64,000 bases of DNA, taken from the NCBI GenBank assembly GCA_963772155.1, contig CAVYVX010000016.1, positions 8,469 to 72,468 of the forward strand, given 5' to 3'. The stretch's first letter is position 1. Each line of letters starts with the position of its first letter. Shown here piece by piece: positions 42,766 to 52,466 of the stretch. The DNA comes from an uncultured Acidobacteriaceae bacterium (GTDB lineage Bacteria; Acidobacteriota; Terriglobia; Terriglobales; Acidobacteriaceae). The notes beneath the pieces are model-generated. The model had not been told where the DNA came from. It worked only from the letters and a program-made list of their open reading frames with translations, and searched no databases. The translations under genes were made by a program, and so were the position numbers.

Positions 42766-43005
42766 TCTAGTGCATTCTCTACCGCTGGCGGCTGTCGGTC
42801 TGTGACCCCTATCACACCAGGGTATGCGCCATGTACAGGACGATATGTTCTCAGCTTGCTGCTTTGCGGAAAGGCCTTGTGTCGCTTCAGCGGTAGAATG
42901 ATTCGCTCGTCCAGATAGGTGTGCCCGGTGGCCATGCGCGGCATTTTACCGCCGCCGGGCGCGCGGCCTCAGCAGCTTTAGCGGATCTCACCCGTTTGTA
43001 ATCGC

Positions 43006-45522
43006 CTACTCCATTTTCGCGTACTTCTCTCGCGCTTCCTGCAGCATCGAGAGCACCGACTGTTTCTCCGTTTCGGTGTTCCACGAAGTATTACTCCGCA
43101 CTCCGGAAATCAGCCGGTCAATCCACGCGATGAAGTAAGCTGCGTCTGCCGCGCCGCGCACGGGAGCGCCAGCCACGTTTACATACACCGGACTGGTCGT
43201 CGCATAAGGGTATATGTCGAGAATCGGATACTCCGCTTTGTCGCTGAAAGCGCGCAGAACGCACCACCCGCTCGCCTCAAGCGGGATCGAGCCCTCAACG
43301 TGCGCCGAGCTGCGGCCGCTGTCCATCGCCAACTCCCGCGCCACCTTTCCGTTACAGACGACTTGGAGATGGTCCACCGGAACCATCGAAACCAGGTCCG
43401 CCGAAAACCGCACTTCTTGTCCCTTTTCCAGCCGCACTTCCCCGCCAATCGCCTGCCCTCCCAGCGAGAACCTCAGCAACGGCCCATTCGTCGCAAACGT
43501 CCGGCCCGCCTTGATCGCCCCGAGCCAAGGCCCGATCCTTAGCTGCCCGGAAGGCACTTCGGCATAGACGCGGTTCAATCCCACCGGCCCGCGCACCGAC
43601 GCGTAGTTGCCCATGAAATCCGTACCCGCGGCCGCGGGCAGCCGGAAACCGCAATTCAGCAGCTTATACCAGACCTCGGCCGTCGACTTATGATCGGAAA
43701 AACCGACTATCTCCATGTAATCAACCTTACCCAGCGCCACATCCGCGGGTAACTCGTCGGTAAGTGAAGCGTCCTTCACCGGATCGGGGAAACTGTCAAA
43801 AGGATGCACGTATCCCACCAGCGCGCCCTGTTCATGCGCCATATCCGCGACATTCGCATTTGCCGGATAAAGGCTGGCCGCCGCCGTATTGGGATAGGAC
43901 GCATAGCCGGGAATAATGAAGTTACGCGTCAGATTAAGTAACCCCAGATGTCCCCAATAACTCGTGTGAAACTCCTGTCCGTACAGCAGCAGATGGTCCG
44001 CGGTCGAGGCCGGGTCGAGTTGTGGCGAGAAGTACGTCATGTCGGGAACGCGCTGTTCCTTATTCACCACCAAATCTTCCACAATCGCCACATTTTCAGC
44101 CGCTGCCTGCTCCACCAGGTGCGCCGGAATATTCCGATATGTTCCCGCGTAGTTCATGTGCGTATGAATATCGCCGCCCACCCAAGCCGAGGCTGCGTCC
44201 ACGGCGATAGACAGCCCCACCATCCGCACCGTAAGCCGCGTGGTGTTATTGGCCTTCACCTCCACCTTGCGCCGTTCAAAATGATTTTCGAATCCGCGCA
44301 TCACTTCCACTTCGACATTGCCAACCGGCGCCGCGATCTCCGACGCACCCGAGGTGTCGAAGTAGTGCGCTTCAAACGGCCGCTCCGCGCGGTCAAAGCT
44401 GTCGTCGGCGTGCATCCATGCGTTGCCGGGAGCATAGGCCAGTCCGTCCGCGGCGGTCACGAAAACCCTCGCCGCTGCTGGGTTTCCAATAGCATCCACG
44501 ACACGCAGTGAAATTCGCCCCATCGGTTTCAGATATTTTCGTTCGCCCGCGACCACCTCCGTTTGCTCTCCGCCCGGTATCTTCTGTATCCACAGGGCGG
44601 TATTTCCATCGCGGTTGGAGATGAACGCGATCTTCGATCCATCCGGCGACCACCGGGGATTAGTGTTGTCAAAAGCGCCATAAGAAATGGGGAACGCATC
44701 TCCTCCCGCCGCCGGCATCAGCCATAGTTGGTGCCAGCTCTGGCCCAGATATGATGCATACACCATGCGCTTGCCGTCGGGCGAAAAGTCGGGACGAGCC
44801 TTCCAGTTCGTCTCCTCATCGTGGATCTCATGCGCCTCGGCGCCCGGTTCCACCTTGATCTTCCAGAAGCCGCCGGTGCCGTGAATGTGCCCCCGGTTCG
44901 ATATGAAGAGAATTGCCGAGCCATCTCGCGTCCACACCGGACTGATCTCGTGGTCCACCTTGCTGTAGTAATAGCGAGGCAGCGAGCTGACATTTTCAGG
45001 AGTAAGTTGCCACACGCCGCTGAGTAACCCGTCTGCGAATTGGCCGACAAAGATATGAAAGTGTCCCTTATAGGACGTCGACACGAACGCCAGGCGTTTT
45101 CCATCCGGCGAGAATCGCGGCTCCACATTCACCGCGCCTCCGGATGTCATCTGCCGCGTCCGCCCATCTCGCAAATCCAGCGACCACAATTCGATGGCGT
45201 CGCGATCGTAGCGCGCAAAAACCACCCATCGTCCATCGGGCGACCAGTCCGGCTGATAGTCATAGCCCGGTCCGGCGGTAAGCTGCTCCGCATTCGCGCT
45301 GCGCAGTTCCTGCCGCCACAGCGAGCCCGCCATCGAATACACCAGGCTGTGCGAATCGGGAGACCAGGCTGCCGCGCTCGGCCCCGTCGTCAACTGCGGC
45401 AAATACATTTCCCTGTAGTAATACGGGTGCGGAAGATCGATCTGCTTAAGCACCGGTTCGCGCTGCGCGAAACAAGAAACACAAGTAAGAAGAAATAGAC
45501 AAGCCAGACGGAACTTTAACAA
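43006..45522 (-). CDS. secreted TolB-like PD40 beta-propeller fused to a CehA/McbA (PHP-type) metallohydrolase domain
   Basis: Repeated WSPDG/FSPDGK PD40 motifs. GGDIHTHMNYAG metal motif. TTG start at 45520-45522 lies 4 nt after GGAGG and gives the signal peptide LLKFRLACLFLLTCVSCFAQ. Confidence 0.65.
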   Translation of the reverse strand: MLKFRLACLFLLTCVSCFAQREPVLKQIDLPHPYYYREMYLPQLTTGPSAAAWSPDSHSLVYSMAGSLWRQELRSANAEQLTAGPGYDYQPDWSPDGRWVVFARYDRDAIELWSLDLRDGRTRQMTSGGAVNVEPRFSPDGKRLAFVSTSYKGHFHIFVGQFADGLLSGVWQLTPENVSSLPRYYYSKVDHEISPVWTRDGSAILFISNRGHIHGTGGFWKIKVEPGAEAHEIHDEETNWKARPDFSPDGKRMVYASYLGQSWHQLWLMPAAGGDAFPISYGAFDNTNPRWSPDGSKIAFISNRDGNTALWIQKIPGGEQTEVVAGERKYLKPMGRISLRVVDAIGNPAAARVFVTAADGLAYAPGNAWMHADDSFDRAERPFEAHYFDTSGASEIAAPVGNVEVEVMRGFENHFERRKVEVKANNTTRLTVRMVGLSIAVDAASAWVGGDIHTHMNYAGTYRNIPAHLVEQAAAENVAIVEDLVVNKEQRVPDMTYFSPQLDPASTADHLLLYGQEFHTSYWGHLGLLNLTRNFIIPGYASYPNTAAASLYPANANVADMAHEQGALVGYVHPFDSFPDPVKDASLTDELPADVALGKVDYMEIVGFSDHKSTAEVWYKLLNCGFRLPAAAGTDFMGNYASVRGPVGLNRVYAEVPSGQLRIGPWLGAIKAGRTFATNGPLLRFSLGGQAIGGEVRLEKGQEVRFSADLVSMVPVDHLQVVCNGKVARELAMDSGRSSAHVEGSIPLEASGWCVLRAFSDKAEYPILDIYPYATTSPVYVNVAGAPVRGAADAAYFIAWIDRLISGVRSNTSWNTETEKQSVLSMLQEAREKYAKME

Positions 45523-45908
45523 GAGCCCTCCACCATGGGTGTGGCGCAATCGCCGCCCGCGTCCCTTAGTCGTATGTATCACGAATCTCCTGCTTGACTT
45601 CAAAAGCGGCAACCAGTGTACACCCATCTCGCCTGCTCGCGTCACCGTGAAACCAATTTTCATACGGATCGCCCCCGTCGGTACGAGGTCCCGTACCAGC
45701 GCAGCCTGGATTACGCCATTTGTGGCCTACTTTTGCAACACCTGTCCTTACCCCACAATCCGCTGTTGACGATTTCACCGCCGGCCTGACCACCATCCAT
45801 CTATCCCGCCGGTACCGGCAGCAACGCGATCCACCCAGCTCGACTCCCGCTCGCTTCTCGCGCCACTTCCGCTGGCCTCACGATTTGAGTTAAGGTTGTA
45901 GACCGGAC

Positions 45909-47273
45909 ATGAAAAACAAGTTCTTGTTATTGGCTGCCGGCGCCTTCACCTTGGCCGCGATTCTCAGCGTGGTGAACAATTTCTTTACGCCGCTATCCGC
46001 AACTTTGCTCTTCGCCGTGCGCTGGATCGCCATCGCCACCCTGATCGTTTACGGCTTCTACAAGCGCACGCTCTCCACTTGGATTTTTGTGGCGATGGTC
46101 GCCGGCGCGGCCGTTGGATACGACTGGCCGCACACTGCGGTCAACCTGCGGCTGATCGCCATGATCTTCCTGCGGCTGATCAAGACCATCATCGCGCCCC
46201 TGCTCTTCGCCACGCTGGTCAGCGGCATCGCGGCCCACTCCAACCTGAAAAAAGTTGGGCGCATGGGCATCAAGGCGATCGTCTTCTTCGAGATCGTCAC
46301 CACGCTGGCGCTGTTTATCGGCCTGGCCGCCATCAATATCAGCAAAGCCGGCGTCGGAGTGCATGTGCCCGCGCCCAGCGGCGAAACCGTCGAGGTGCAG
46401 AAGCTGACTGCCTCTGAGACCATCCTCCACATCTTCCCAGAGAATATCGCCAAGTCCATCGCCGAAGGCCAGGTGCTGCAAGTGGTCGTTTTCAGCATCT
46501 TGTTCGGCATGGCCCTGGCGATGGTGCGCGAGGATCGTCGCCAGTCCATGCTGAAGTTTACCGAGAGCTTGGCGGAGGTCATGTTCAAGTTCACGAATCT
46601 CGTGATGTACTTTGCTCCCTTCGGCGTGGGCGCAGCCATTGCCTACACCGTCGGCAGCACGGGCATGGGCATCCTGCTCAATCTTGGCAAACTGTTGCTT
46701 ACGCTCTATGTCGCTCTGCTCATCTGCATAGTTGTGGTGCTGCTGCCGGTGGCAATGCTGGCGCGCGTGCCCCTGAAGAAGTTCATCGCCGCCGTCGCCG
46801 AGCCGGTCTCGATTGCCTTCGGGACGGCGAGTTCCGAGGCGGCTTTGCCCCGCGCCATGGAAGCCATGGAAGCCATCGGCGTGCCCCGCCAGGTGGTGGC
46901 CTTTGTCATGCCCATGGGCTACAGCTTTAACTTGGTGGGAAGCACTTTGTATCTATCGCTGGCGGCGATCTTTGTCGCGCAGGCCGCCGGCGTGCACCTC
47001 AGCCTGGGACAGCAACTTCTGCTCATGCTCACCCTCATGCTGACCAGCAAGGGCGTGGCCGGAGTCTCCCGCGCCGCCATCGTCATCCTCCTGGGAACGG
47101 TCGGATCGTTCGGCTTGCCAACCGAGCCGGTCTTCATCCTGCTCGGTATAGATCAGTTGATGGACATGGGCCGGACTTCCATCAACGTGCTGGGGAACTG
47201 CCTGGCAACCGTGGTGGTGGCGCGGTGGGAAGGCGACTTCGAAAAAGAAAAACCCGCGCCGGCGGCGTTGTAA
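45909..47273 (+). CDS. dicarboxylate/amino acid:cation symporter (DAACS family)
   Basis: About 8 TM helices plus re-entrant loops. AFGTASSEAALP and MPMGYSFNLVGS motifs typical of the GltP/DctA family. Confidence 0.8.
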   Translation: MKNKFLLLAAGAFTLAAILSVVNNFFTPLSATLLFAVRWIAIATLIVYGFYKRTLSTWIFVAMVAGAAVGYDWPHTAVNLRLIAMIFLRLIKTIIAPLLFATLVSGIAAHSNLKKVGRMGIKAIVFFEIVTTLALFIGLAAINISKAGVGVHVPAPSGETVEVQKLTASETILHIFPENIAKSIAEGQVLQVVVFSILFGMALAMVREDRRQSMLKFTESLAEVMFKFTNLVMYFAPFGVGAAIAYTVGSTGMGILLNLGKLLLTLYVALLICIVVVLLPVAMLARVPLKKFIAAVAEPVSIAFGTASSEAALPRAMEAMEAIGVPRQVVAFVMPMGYSFNLVGSTLYLSLAAIFVAQAAGVHLSLGQQLLLMLTLMLTSKGVAGVSRAAIVILLGTVGSFGLPTEPVFILLGIDQLMDMGRTSINVLGNCLATVVVARWEGDFEKEKPAPAAL

Positions 47274-47282
47274 ACTCGATCT

Positions 47283-47748
47283 ATGGCTTTGCCTTCGCGC
47301 TCCCGCGATTCCAGCAATCTTTTCTCCGCGGCGAAACCCGCGCCCGCCGCCCACACTGCGCACGTCGATGGCGGAGCACGCGGCAATCCAGGGCCCTCCG
47401 GCTACGGCGTCGCCATCGCCGACGCCTCCGGCCACACCGTCGCCGAGCTTAGCGAATACCTGGGCCACCACACCAACAACTACGCCGAGTATCAAGGACT
47501 GCTCGCCGCGCTGCGCTATGCCGCCGAAAACCAAATCAAGGCGCTCAAGGTGGTCAGCGATTCCGAGCTGATGGTGCGGCAGATGAAAGGCATCTATAAG
47601 GTGCGTCATCCCGAGCTGCGCAAACTGTACGATCAGGCGCAGCAACTGGTTCGCCAGCCTCGAGCGCTTCGAAATCCGCCACGCCCTCCGCGAACACAAC
47701 CAGGTTGCGGACCGCCTGGCCAATCAGGCAATGGATAGAGGGCGATAG
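47283..47748 (+). pseudogene. rnhA: RNase H (type 1 fold), +1 frame break at about 47658
   Basis: Frame 0: AHVDGGARGNPGPSGYGV..NNYAEYQGLLAAL..VSDSELMVRQM...QQLVRQ. The conserved end [29 protein letters not shown] is in the +1 frame, with its stop at 47746-47748. Confidence 0.7.
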
Positions 47749-47807
47749 AAGGCAAGTTTCAAGGTTTCACGAGCCACCGGCCACTGGCCGCCGGCAACTG
47801 TTTTCCA

Positions 47808-49337
47808 ATGGACCTCGACGACACCATCGTCGCCATCGCCACCCCGCCCGGTCGCGGCGGCATCGGCGTTGTCCGCTTGGCCGGCCCCCATGCCAAAGCC
47901 ATCGCCGAGCCCATGCTCCGCCTCACCCGCGCCCTCGAACCCAATCATGCCCAACTCTGCGACCTCGTCGAACCGTGTGGCGCGGGCGCCCTCGCCCGCG
48001 AATCTGCTGACACCGCCGCCCCCACCGCCCCCGACCCTGCTTTGAAGGGGCGTGGCTTCAGCCACGCCGTTCCCACCACAAATGATGATGGGGCTTCAGC
48101 CCCCGTCCCCATCGACCAAGTCGTCGTCACCTATTTCGCCCGCCCCCACTCCTACACCACCGACGACATCGTCGAAATCTCAGCCCACGGCTCACCCGTT
48201 GTTCTCCGCCACATCGTCGAACTCTCCCTCGCCCACGGCGCCCGTCTCGCCGAGCCCGGAGAATTCACCCTCCGCGCCTTTCTCAACGGACGCCTCGACC
48301 TCACCCAAGCCGAAGCCGTCCGCGATCTCATCGACTCCCAAACTCTCTTCCAGGCCAAAGTCGCCGCCCAGCAGCTCGAAGGCGCGCTTTCCCATCGCAT
48401 CAAGCCCATCAAGCGCAACCTCATCGACCTTATCGCCCTCCTCGAAGCCGGCATCGACTTCGCCGAAGACGACGTCTCCATCGCTCCCGACTCGACCATC
48501 CAAACTCGCATCGCCGAAGTCCAAGCCCCGCTGGCCCAACTCGCCGCCACCTTCACTTACGGCAAGATCGTTCATCAAGGACTAACTCTGGCCATCGTAG
48601 GCCGTCCCAACGTCGGCAAATCCAGCCTTTTCAATTGCCTCGTCGAGCGCGAGCGCGCCATTGTCACCGCCCAGCCCGGCACCACCCGCGACCTGGTCGC
48701 TGAAACCGTCGCCATCGGTGGCATCCCCGTCGAGCTTGTGGACACCGCCGGCATCCGTCCCGCCCACGCCCAAGCCAAGGACGAAGCCGAATCCATCGGC
48801 ATCCGCAAATCTCTCGAAGCTCAAGCCGACGCCGACTTAGTCCTATTAGTAAGAGATATTACTCAGCCCATAACTCAGGAAGACGAAGACTTACTGACCA
48901 AAATTGCCCCCCGCCCCGCCATCATAGTGGAAAACAAATCCGATCTGCTGCGCTCGTGTGGGGACGGCAAGTGTGGGGACGGGCGACTCGCCCGTCCAGC
49001 CGAGCCAAGCTCGCCGACTCCCCCCATAATTCAAACCTCCGCCCTCACCGGCGACGGCATCCCCGCCCTCCGCACCGCCATCCTCCGCCACCTCGCCGGA
49101 GACTCCACTCCCCACCCCGAATCCGGCTTCCTCACCGCCGTCCGCCATCACAAACTAATTGCCGACGCGCTCACCGCCCTCGACGCCGCCACCGCCGCCC
49201 TATCCGCCCGCGTTCCCCACGAGATGCTCCTACTCGATCTCTACTCCGCCCTCCACTCCCTCGACGAACTCACCGGCTCGACCACCACCGACGACATCCT
49301 TTCCCGCATCTTCTCCACCTTTTGCATTGGAAAATAG
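47808..49337 (+). CDS. mnmE: tRNA modification GTPase MnmE with two in-frame insertions
   Basis: [20 protein letters not shown]1 motif GRPNVGKSS, also DTAGIR and NKSD. C-terminal FCIGK. Confidence 0.9.
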   Translation: MDLDDTIVAIATPPGRGGIGVVRLAGPHAKAIAEPMLRLTRALEPNHAQLCDLVEPCGAGALARESADTAAPTAPDPALKGRGFSHAVPTTNDDGASAPVPIDQVVVTYFARPHSYTTDDIVEISAHGSPVVLRHIVELSLAHGARLAEPGEFTLRAFLNGRLDLTQAEAVRDLIDSQTLFQAKVAAQQLEGALSHRIKPIKRNLIDLIALLEAGIDFAEDDVSIAPDSTIQTRIAEVQAPLAQLAATFTYGKIVHQGLTLAIVGRPNVGKSSLFNCLVERERAIVTAQPGTTRDLVAETVAIGGIPVELVDTAGIRPAHAQAKDEAESIGIRKSLEAQADADLVLLVRDITQPITQEDEDLLTKIAPRPAIIVENKSDLLRSCGDGKCGDGRLARPAEPSSPTPPIIQTSALTGDGIPALRTAILRHLAGDSTPHPESGFLTAVRHHKLIADALTALDAATAALSARVPHEMLLLDLYSALHSLDELTGSTTTDDILSRIFSTFCIGK

Positions 49338-49338
49338 A

Positions 49339-49576
49339 ATTGCTTCCATTCACGATTTGCGGCGTACCGGCGCGACGCTGCTGACTGAGAAGGGTTTCAA
49401 CCGGGATGTGATCGAAAAGGCCCTGAGTCATGAGAAGCAAGGCATCCGCGCCGTTTACATTCTGGCTGAATACGCCGCAGAACGAAATAAAGATGCTGCA
49501 ATGGTGGGCAGACTACGTGGACGCCATTGTGAATGAGTCCAAGGTGATTGTAGGTAATTTCGGGGGCGTCGCTTAG
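49339..49576 (+). pseudogene. P4-type tyrosine integrase C-terminal remnant with a +1 frame break
   Basis: IASIHDLRRTGATLLTEKGFNRDVIEKALSHE..GIRAVY.LAEYAAER, then KMLQWWADYVDAIVNESKVIVGNFGGVA in the +1 frame. Begins 2 nt after the mnmE stop. Confidence 0.6.
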
Positions 49577-49729
49577 CAGCCCGTGGTGAAAGTGAGAACC
49601 CGAAGTTTCACCCTCAATTCACCTGATTTTGTCATCCCGAGCGCAGCGATAATCATTCGCGCGATAATGCACCAGCGGTAGCGAACTGAATCGCGCCACT
49701 CGCTTCTCTCAGGCTTCATACTCGCTGAA

Positions 49730-50290
49730 TCAGGGTCGTCGATTGCGATACAAGGAAGGATCTACCTGCAGGGCCATCGCTTCAGTATCCAAATCAAGTT
49801 GCAGGAAATCACGGACCGTCTTTGCACAGGCAGCGGGATCGAGCAGCGCTTTTCGATACCCCATACGGCAGACCGGGATGTCCTCTCTCTCTTCCAGCCA
49901 GGCGACGACCTCCCGCATGTGATCGCGAAACGCTGAAGTTAGTAGCGCCGGATCCATCGCTTGGATGACGCTGCGTCGCTGCAACATTTCGTCCTGCGAA
50001 GCAAGAACCTCGGGCAGCGGCCGCTCCATAAAGATCAGCCGGTAATTTCTGCCCCTCGGAACCGACAAAAGAAGCTGGGAGATGATTTTCACCGCCTTGC
50101 CTTCGGCCTCGTCGATGAGATCGGGTTCCTTAGGCAAGAGCTTGATCGGCCCCCACTCGCAATAGCCGCGGGGATTGTCGATGTCCGGCTTGCGTTCGAG
50201 GTCGGCAAGCAGGGGCATGCCGCCGGCTGCCAGCATCTGCATCATCAGCAACGTCCCCGAGCGAGGCAGGCCCGAAACGATGGTAATCAC
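49730..50290 (-). CDS. P-loop sulfotransferase-like protein
   Basis: SGLPRSGTLLM resembles the PAPS 5-prime-phosphosulfate-binding loop. GTG start at 50288-50290. The longer track ORF overlaps the upstream gene by 68 nt. Confidence 0.5.
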   Translation of the reverse strand: MITIVSGLPRSGTLLMMQMLAAGGMPLLADLERKPDIDNPRGYCEWGPIKLLPKEPDLIDEAEGKAVKIISQLLLSVPRGRNYRLIFMERPLPEVLASQDEMLQRRSVIQAMDPALLTSAFRDHMREVVAWLEEREDIPVCRMGYRKALLDPAACAKTVRDFLQLDLDTEAMALQVDPSLYRNRRP

Positions 50291-50324
50291 GATTCGCCTT
50301 CGTACGTTTGCGCTGCCCGGCAGC

Positions 50325-52466
50325 TTAAGAGGCGTTAGGTGGCGCGACGCTCCAAGCTCTTCCGTCCAGATGGCCGGGCAGTGGCAAGCCAAATAATTTC
50401 AAGACCGTGGGAGCAACGTCGACGATGGCGGGCTTCTCTTCCGCGATCTTGCGATTGCAGAAAAGAACACCCGGAACCAACCGCGGATCGATGCAATGAT
50501 CGCCACTCCATGCTTTCAGATTGTCCTCGAAGACCACGCTCGTGACCTTGCCCATCACCGAATCCCACGACGCGCGGAACCCGTCGCCATATCCGACGAT
50601 CAGGTCGGGAGCGTTGTCCACATAAGGTCCGGCATAGACCGAGTCACGATTAAAGACACCCGTGATTCCCACGCGGCCCGAGGCAGGGTCCACCAATCCG
50701 TCGAGTTTGCGTAGCAATTCCTCTTTCAACGCTTCCGCTTCGACGCCAGAGTCGACAATGCCCTGACGCTCACGTCCTTTGAGATTCAAGTAGAGGCCGT
50801 TCAAACCCATGGTATACGCACGCGTCCGTGACCAGTCCACATCTTCAAACCAATCGCCACTCTCACTCTTTCCGGATTTCAGTGCGAGATATCCATTCTG
50901 ATGCAGCCAGGCATTCAGATTCACGCAGCGTGCGAACGACTTGAAACCGTGGTCGGAGACGACCATCAACAAGGTCTTGTCATCCATCCGCTGCATGACG
51001 CGGCCGACCAGTTCGTCCATGCGCGTGTACAAATCCTCAATCACGCTTGGCCGCTGGCTGAGCGGTACTTCGCGGGCCGCAGGATGGTCCTCCTCCAGGT
51101 AGCGCCAGAACATGTGCTGCACGCGATCCGTGGTATCGAAAACGCAGACGCACAGGCCCTGTGGCGTTTTCTCTAAAGCGTCGAACAACATGCGCTCTCG
51201 ATCCTCATGATTGGCGTAACACTGGGCCAGGAAGGCATCGTCATCCAGCACTTTCTCATTTAGAGCCCACGTGTCTTCAGCCAACCCCAACGTGGCATAC
51301 GGCCCCAATAGTTTGGCGAGATAGACCGAGTAAGTCAGCGGGTGCGAAATCGGAAGATCGGGCTTGCCAGGATCGATATTCACCGGCGTGACATAGACTT
51401 CGACCTCAGGCGATATTTCCTTTAGATAAAAGCGGCAAATTCCATGCGCGCTGAAACCAATGCCGGCTTTGAACTTGACCGGAATCCAGTCCGAGTAGTC
51501 CCCTACCTTCAACGTGAATTTGTGTGAATCTACGATGAAGCGCGCCAGGTTCCCGCTGTCGTCGGGATGTATCTCGAAATGCACTCGCAATTCGCCGCCC
51601 GAGCCGGGCAGCAGCGGATCTTCCGGGCCGGGCACGAAGGACCGGCACATGCCGTCCCCGCGCTCGACGGGAACTCGAACTCCGCCCTCGCGAAACTTGT
51701 CGCCACTTGGACGGGTTGTGCACAGGCAGAAAGTCCCCTGGCTTCCTTTCAGGTCAGGCACACACATGCCCGAAAGCAGCACGCCAGAGAACTTCTCTGG
51801 CGGGAAGGTCACGGGAACGCGAATCACGGAACAGAAAATCCCCGCCTCGCCCAGCCAGTGCCAGAACGGCGTGCCGTAGCGCATGCGTTTGATCCTGGCT
51901 CCGCCCAGCGGAATGGTGTATTTGCCGATCTTCAAGCTACGCTTGGGGCCTTTAATTTCTGACGAAGAGAGGTAAGGAAGGTAGTTGCTGAGGTCCCGCG
52001 CAAGGAAATCGTAGATGTTGTGCTTGCCGGGATTTACCCCGGTCATGAACGTCGACCACGCCACCGGAGAAATGGGTGGGAATGTGGTTCGCAATTTCCG
52101 GAATGTTGCCTGCTCGCGCAACTTCGCCAGATTCGGGAGCCTGCCTGCGGCGATGAAGCGCTCGGTAAGTTCCGGGTCCATCCCGTCAAAGCCGAGAATG
52201 ACGGCGCGCTTGATCTCGGCTTTGCCGTAAGCCTTGCGTTTTCGCAATAGCCGGAACAGTTGCCGGAACGGCCACACTAAGAAGGCGTAGATCGAATAGA
52301 GGAATGCAACAAAAAGCGTCCAGAATGAAGAAAGTACTGCGAACCCGGCACCCGGCCCCGCATACGCGTGACAGCAAGGCGGAAACAACAGAATAATGCC
52401 AAAAACCACGCAACCGGCGAGGACCCGCCGGCGTTCGCTAAACAGACTGGCCCCGCTCCAACTCAT
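50325..52466 (-). CDS. alkaline-phosphatase-superfamily enzyme, type I phosphodiesterase/nucleotide pyrophosphatase (NPP) type, N-terminal TM helices
   Basis: VILGFDGMDPEL..FPPISPVAWSTFMTGVNPGKHNIYDF..VVSDHGF..WSGDHC. Paralog of 53517-55511. Confidence 0.65.
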   Translation of the reverse strand: MSWSGASLFSERRRVLAGCVVFGIILLFPPCCHAYAGPGAGFAVLSSFWTLFVAFLYSIYAFLVWPFRQLFRLLRKRKAYGKAEIKRAVILGFDGMDPELTERFIAAGRLPNLAKLREQATFRKLRTTFPPISPVAWSTFMTGVNPGKHNIYDFLARDLSNYLPYLSSSEIKGPKRSLKIGKYTIPLGGARIKRMRYGTPFWHWLGEAGIFCSVIRVPVTFPPEKFSGVLLSGMCVPDLKGSQGTFCLCTTRPSGDKFREGGVRVPVERGDGMCRSFVPGPEDPLLPGSGGELRVHFEIHPDDSGNLARFIVDSHKFTLKVGDYSDWIPVKFKAGIGFSAHGICRFYLKEISPEVEVYVTPVNIDPGKPDLPISHPLTYSVYLAKLLGPYATLGLAEDTWALNEKVLDDDAFLAQCYANHEDRERMLFDALEKTPQGLCVCVFDTTDRVQHMFWRYLEEDHPAAREVPLSQRPSVIEDLYTRMDELVGRVMQRMDDKTLLMVVSDHGFKSFARCVNLNAWLHQNGYLALKSGKSESGDWFEDVDWSRTRAYTMGLNGLYLNLKGRERQGIVDSGVEAEALKEELLRKLDGLVDPASGRVGITGVFNRDSVYAGPYVDNAPDLIVGYGDGFRASWDSVMGKVTSVVFEDNLKAWSGDHCIDPRLVPGVLFCNRKIAEEKPAIVDVAPTVLKLFGLPLPGHLDGRAWSVAPPNAS

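Noticed and set aside
48052-48585. 177-aa Pro/Ser-rich plus-strand ORF
   Set aside because: It is an alternative frame inside mnmE, whose own frame carries all GTPase motifs.
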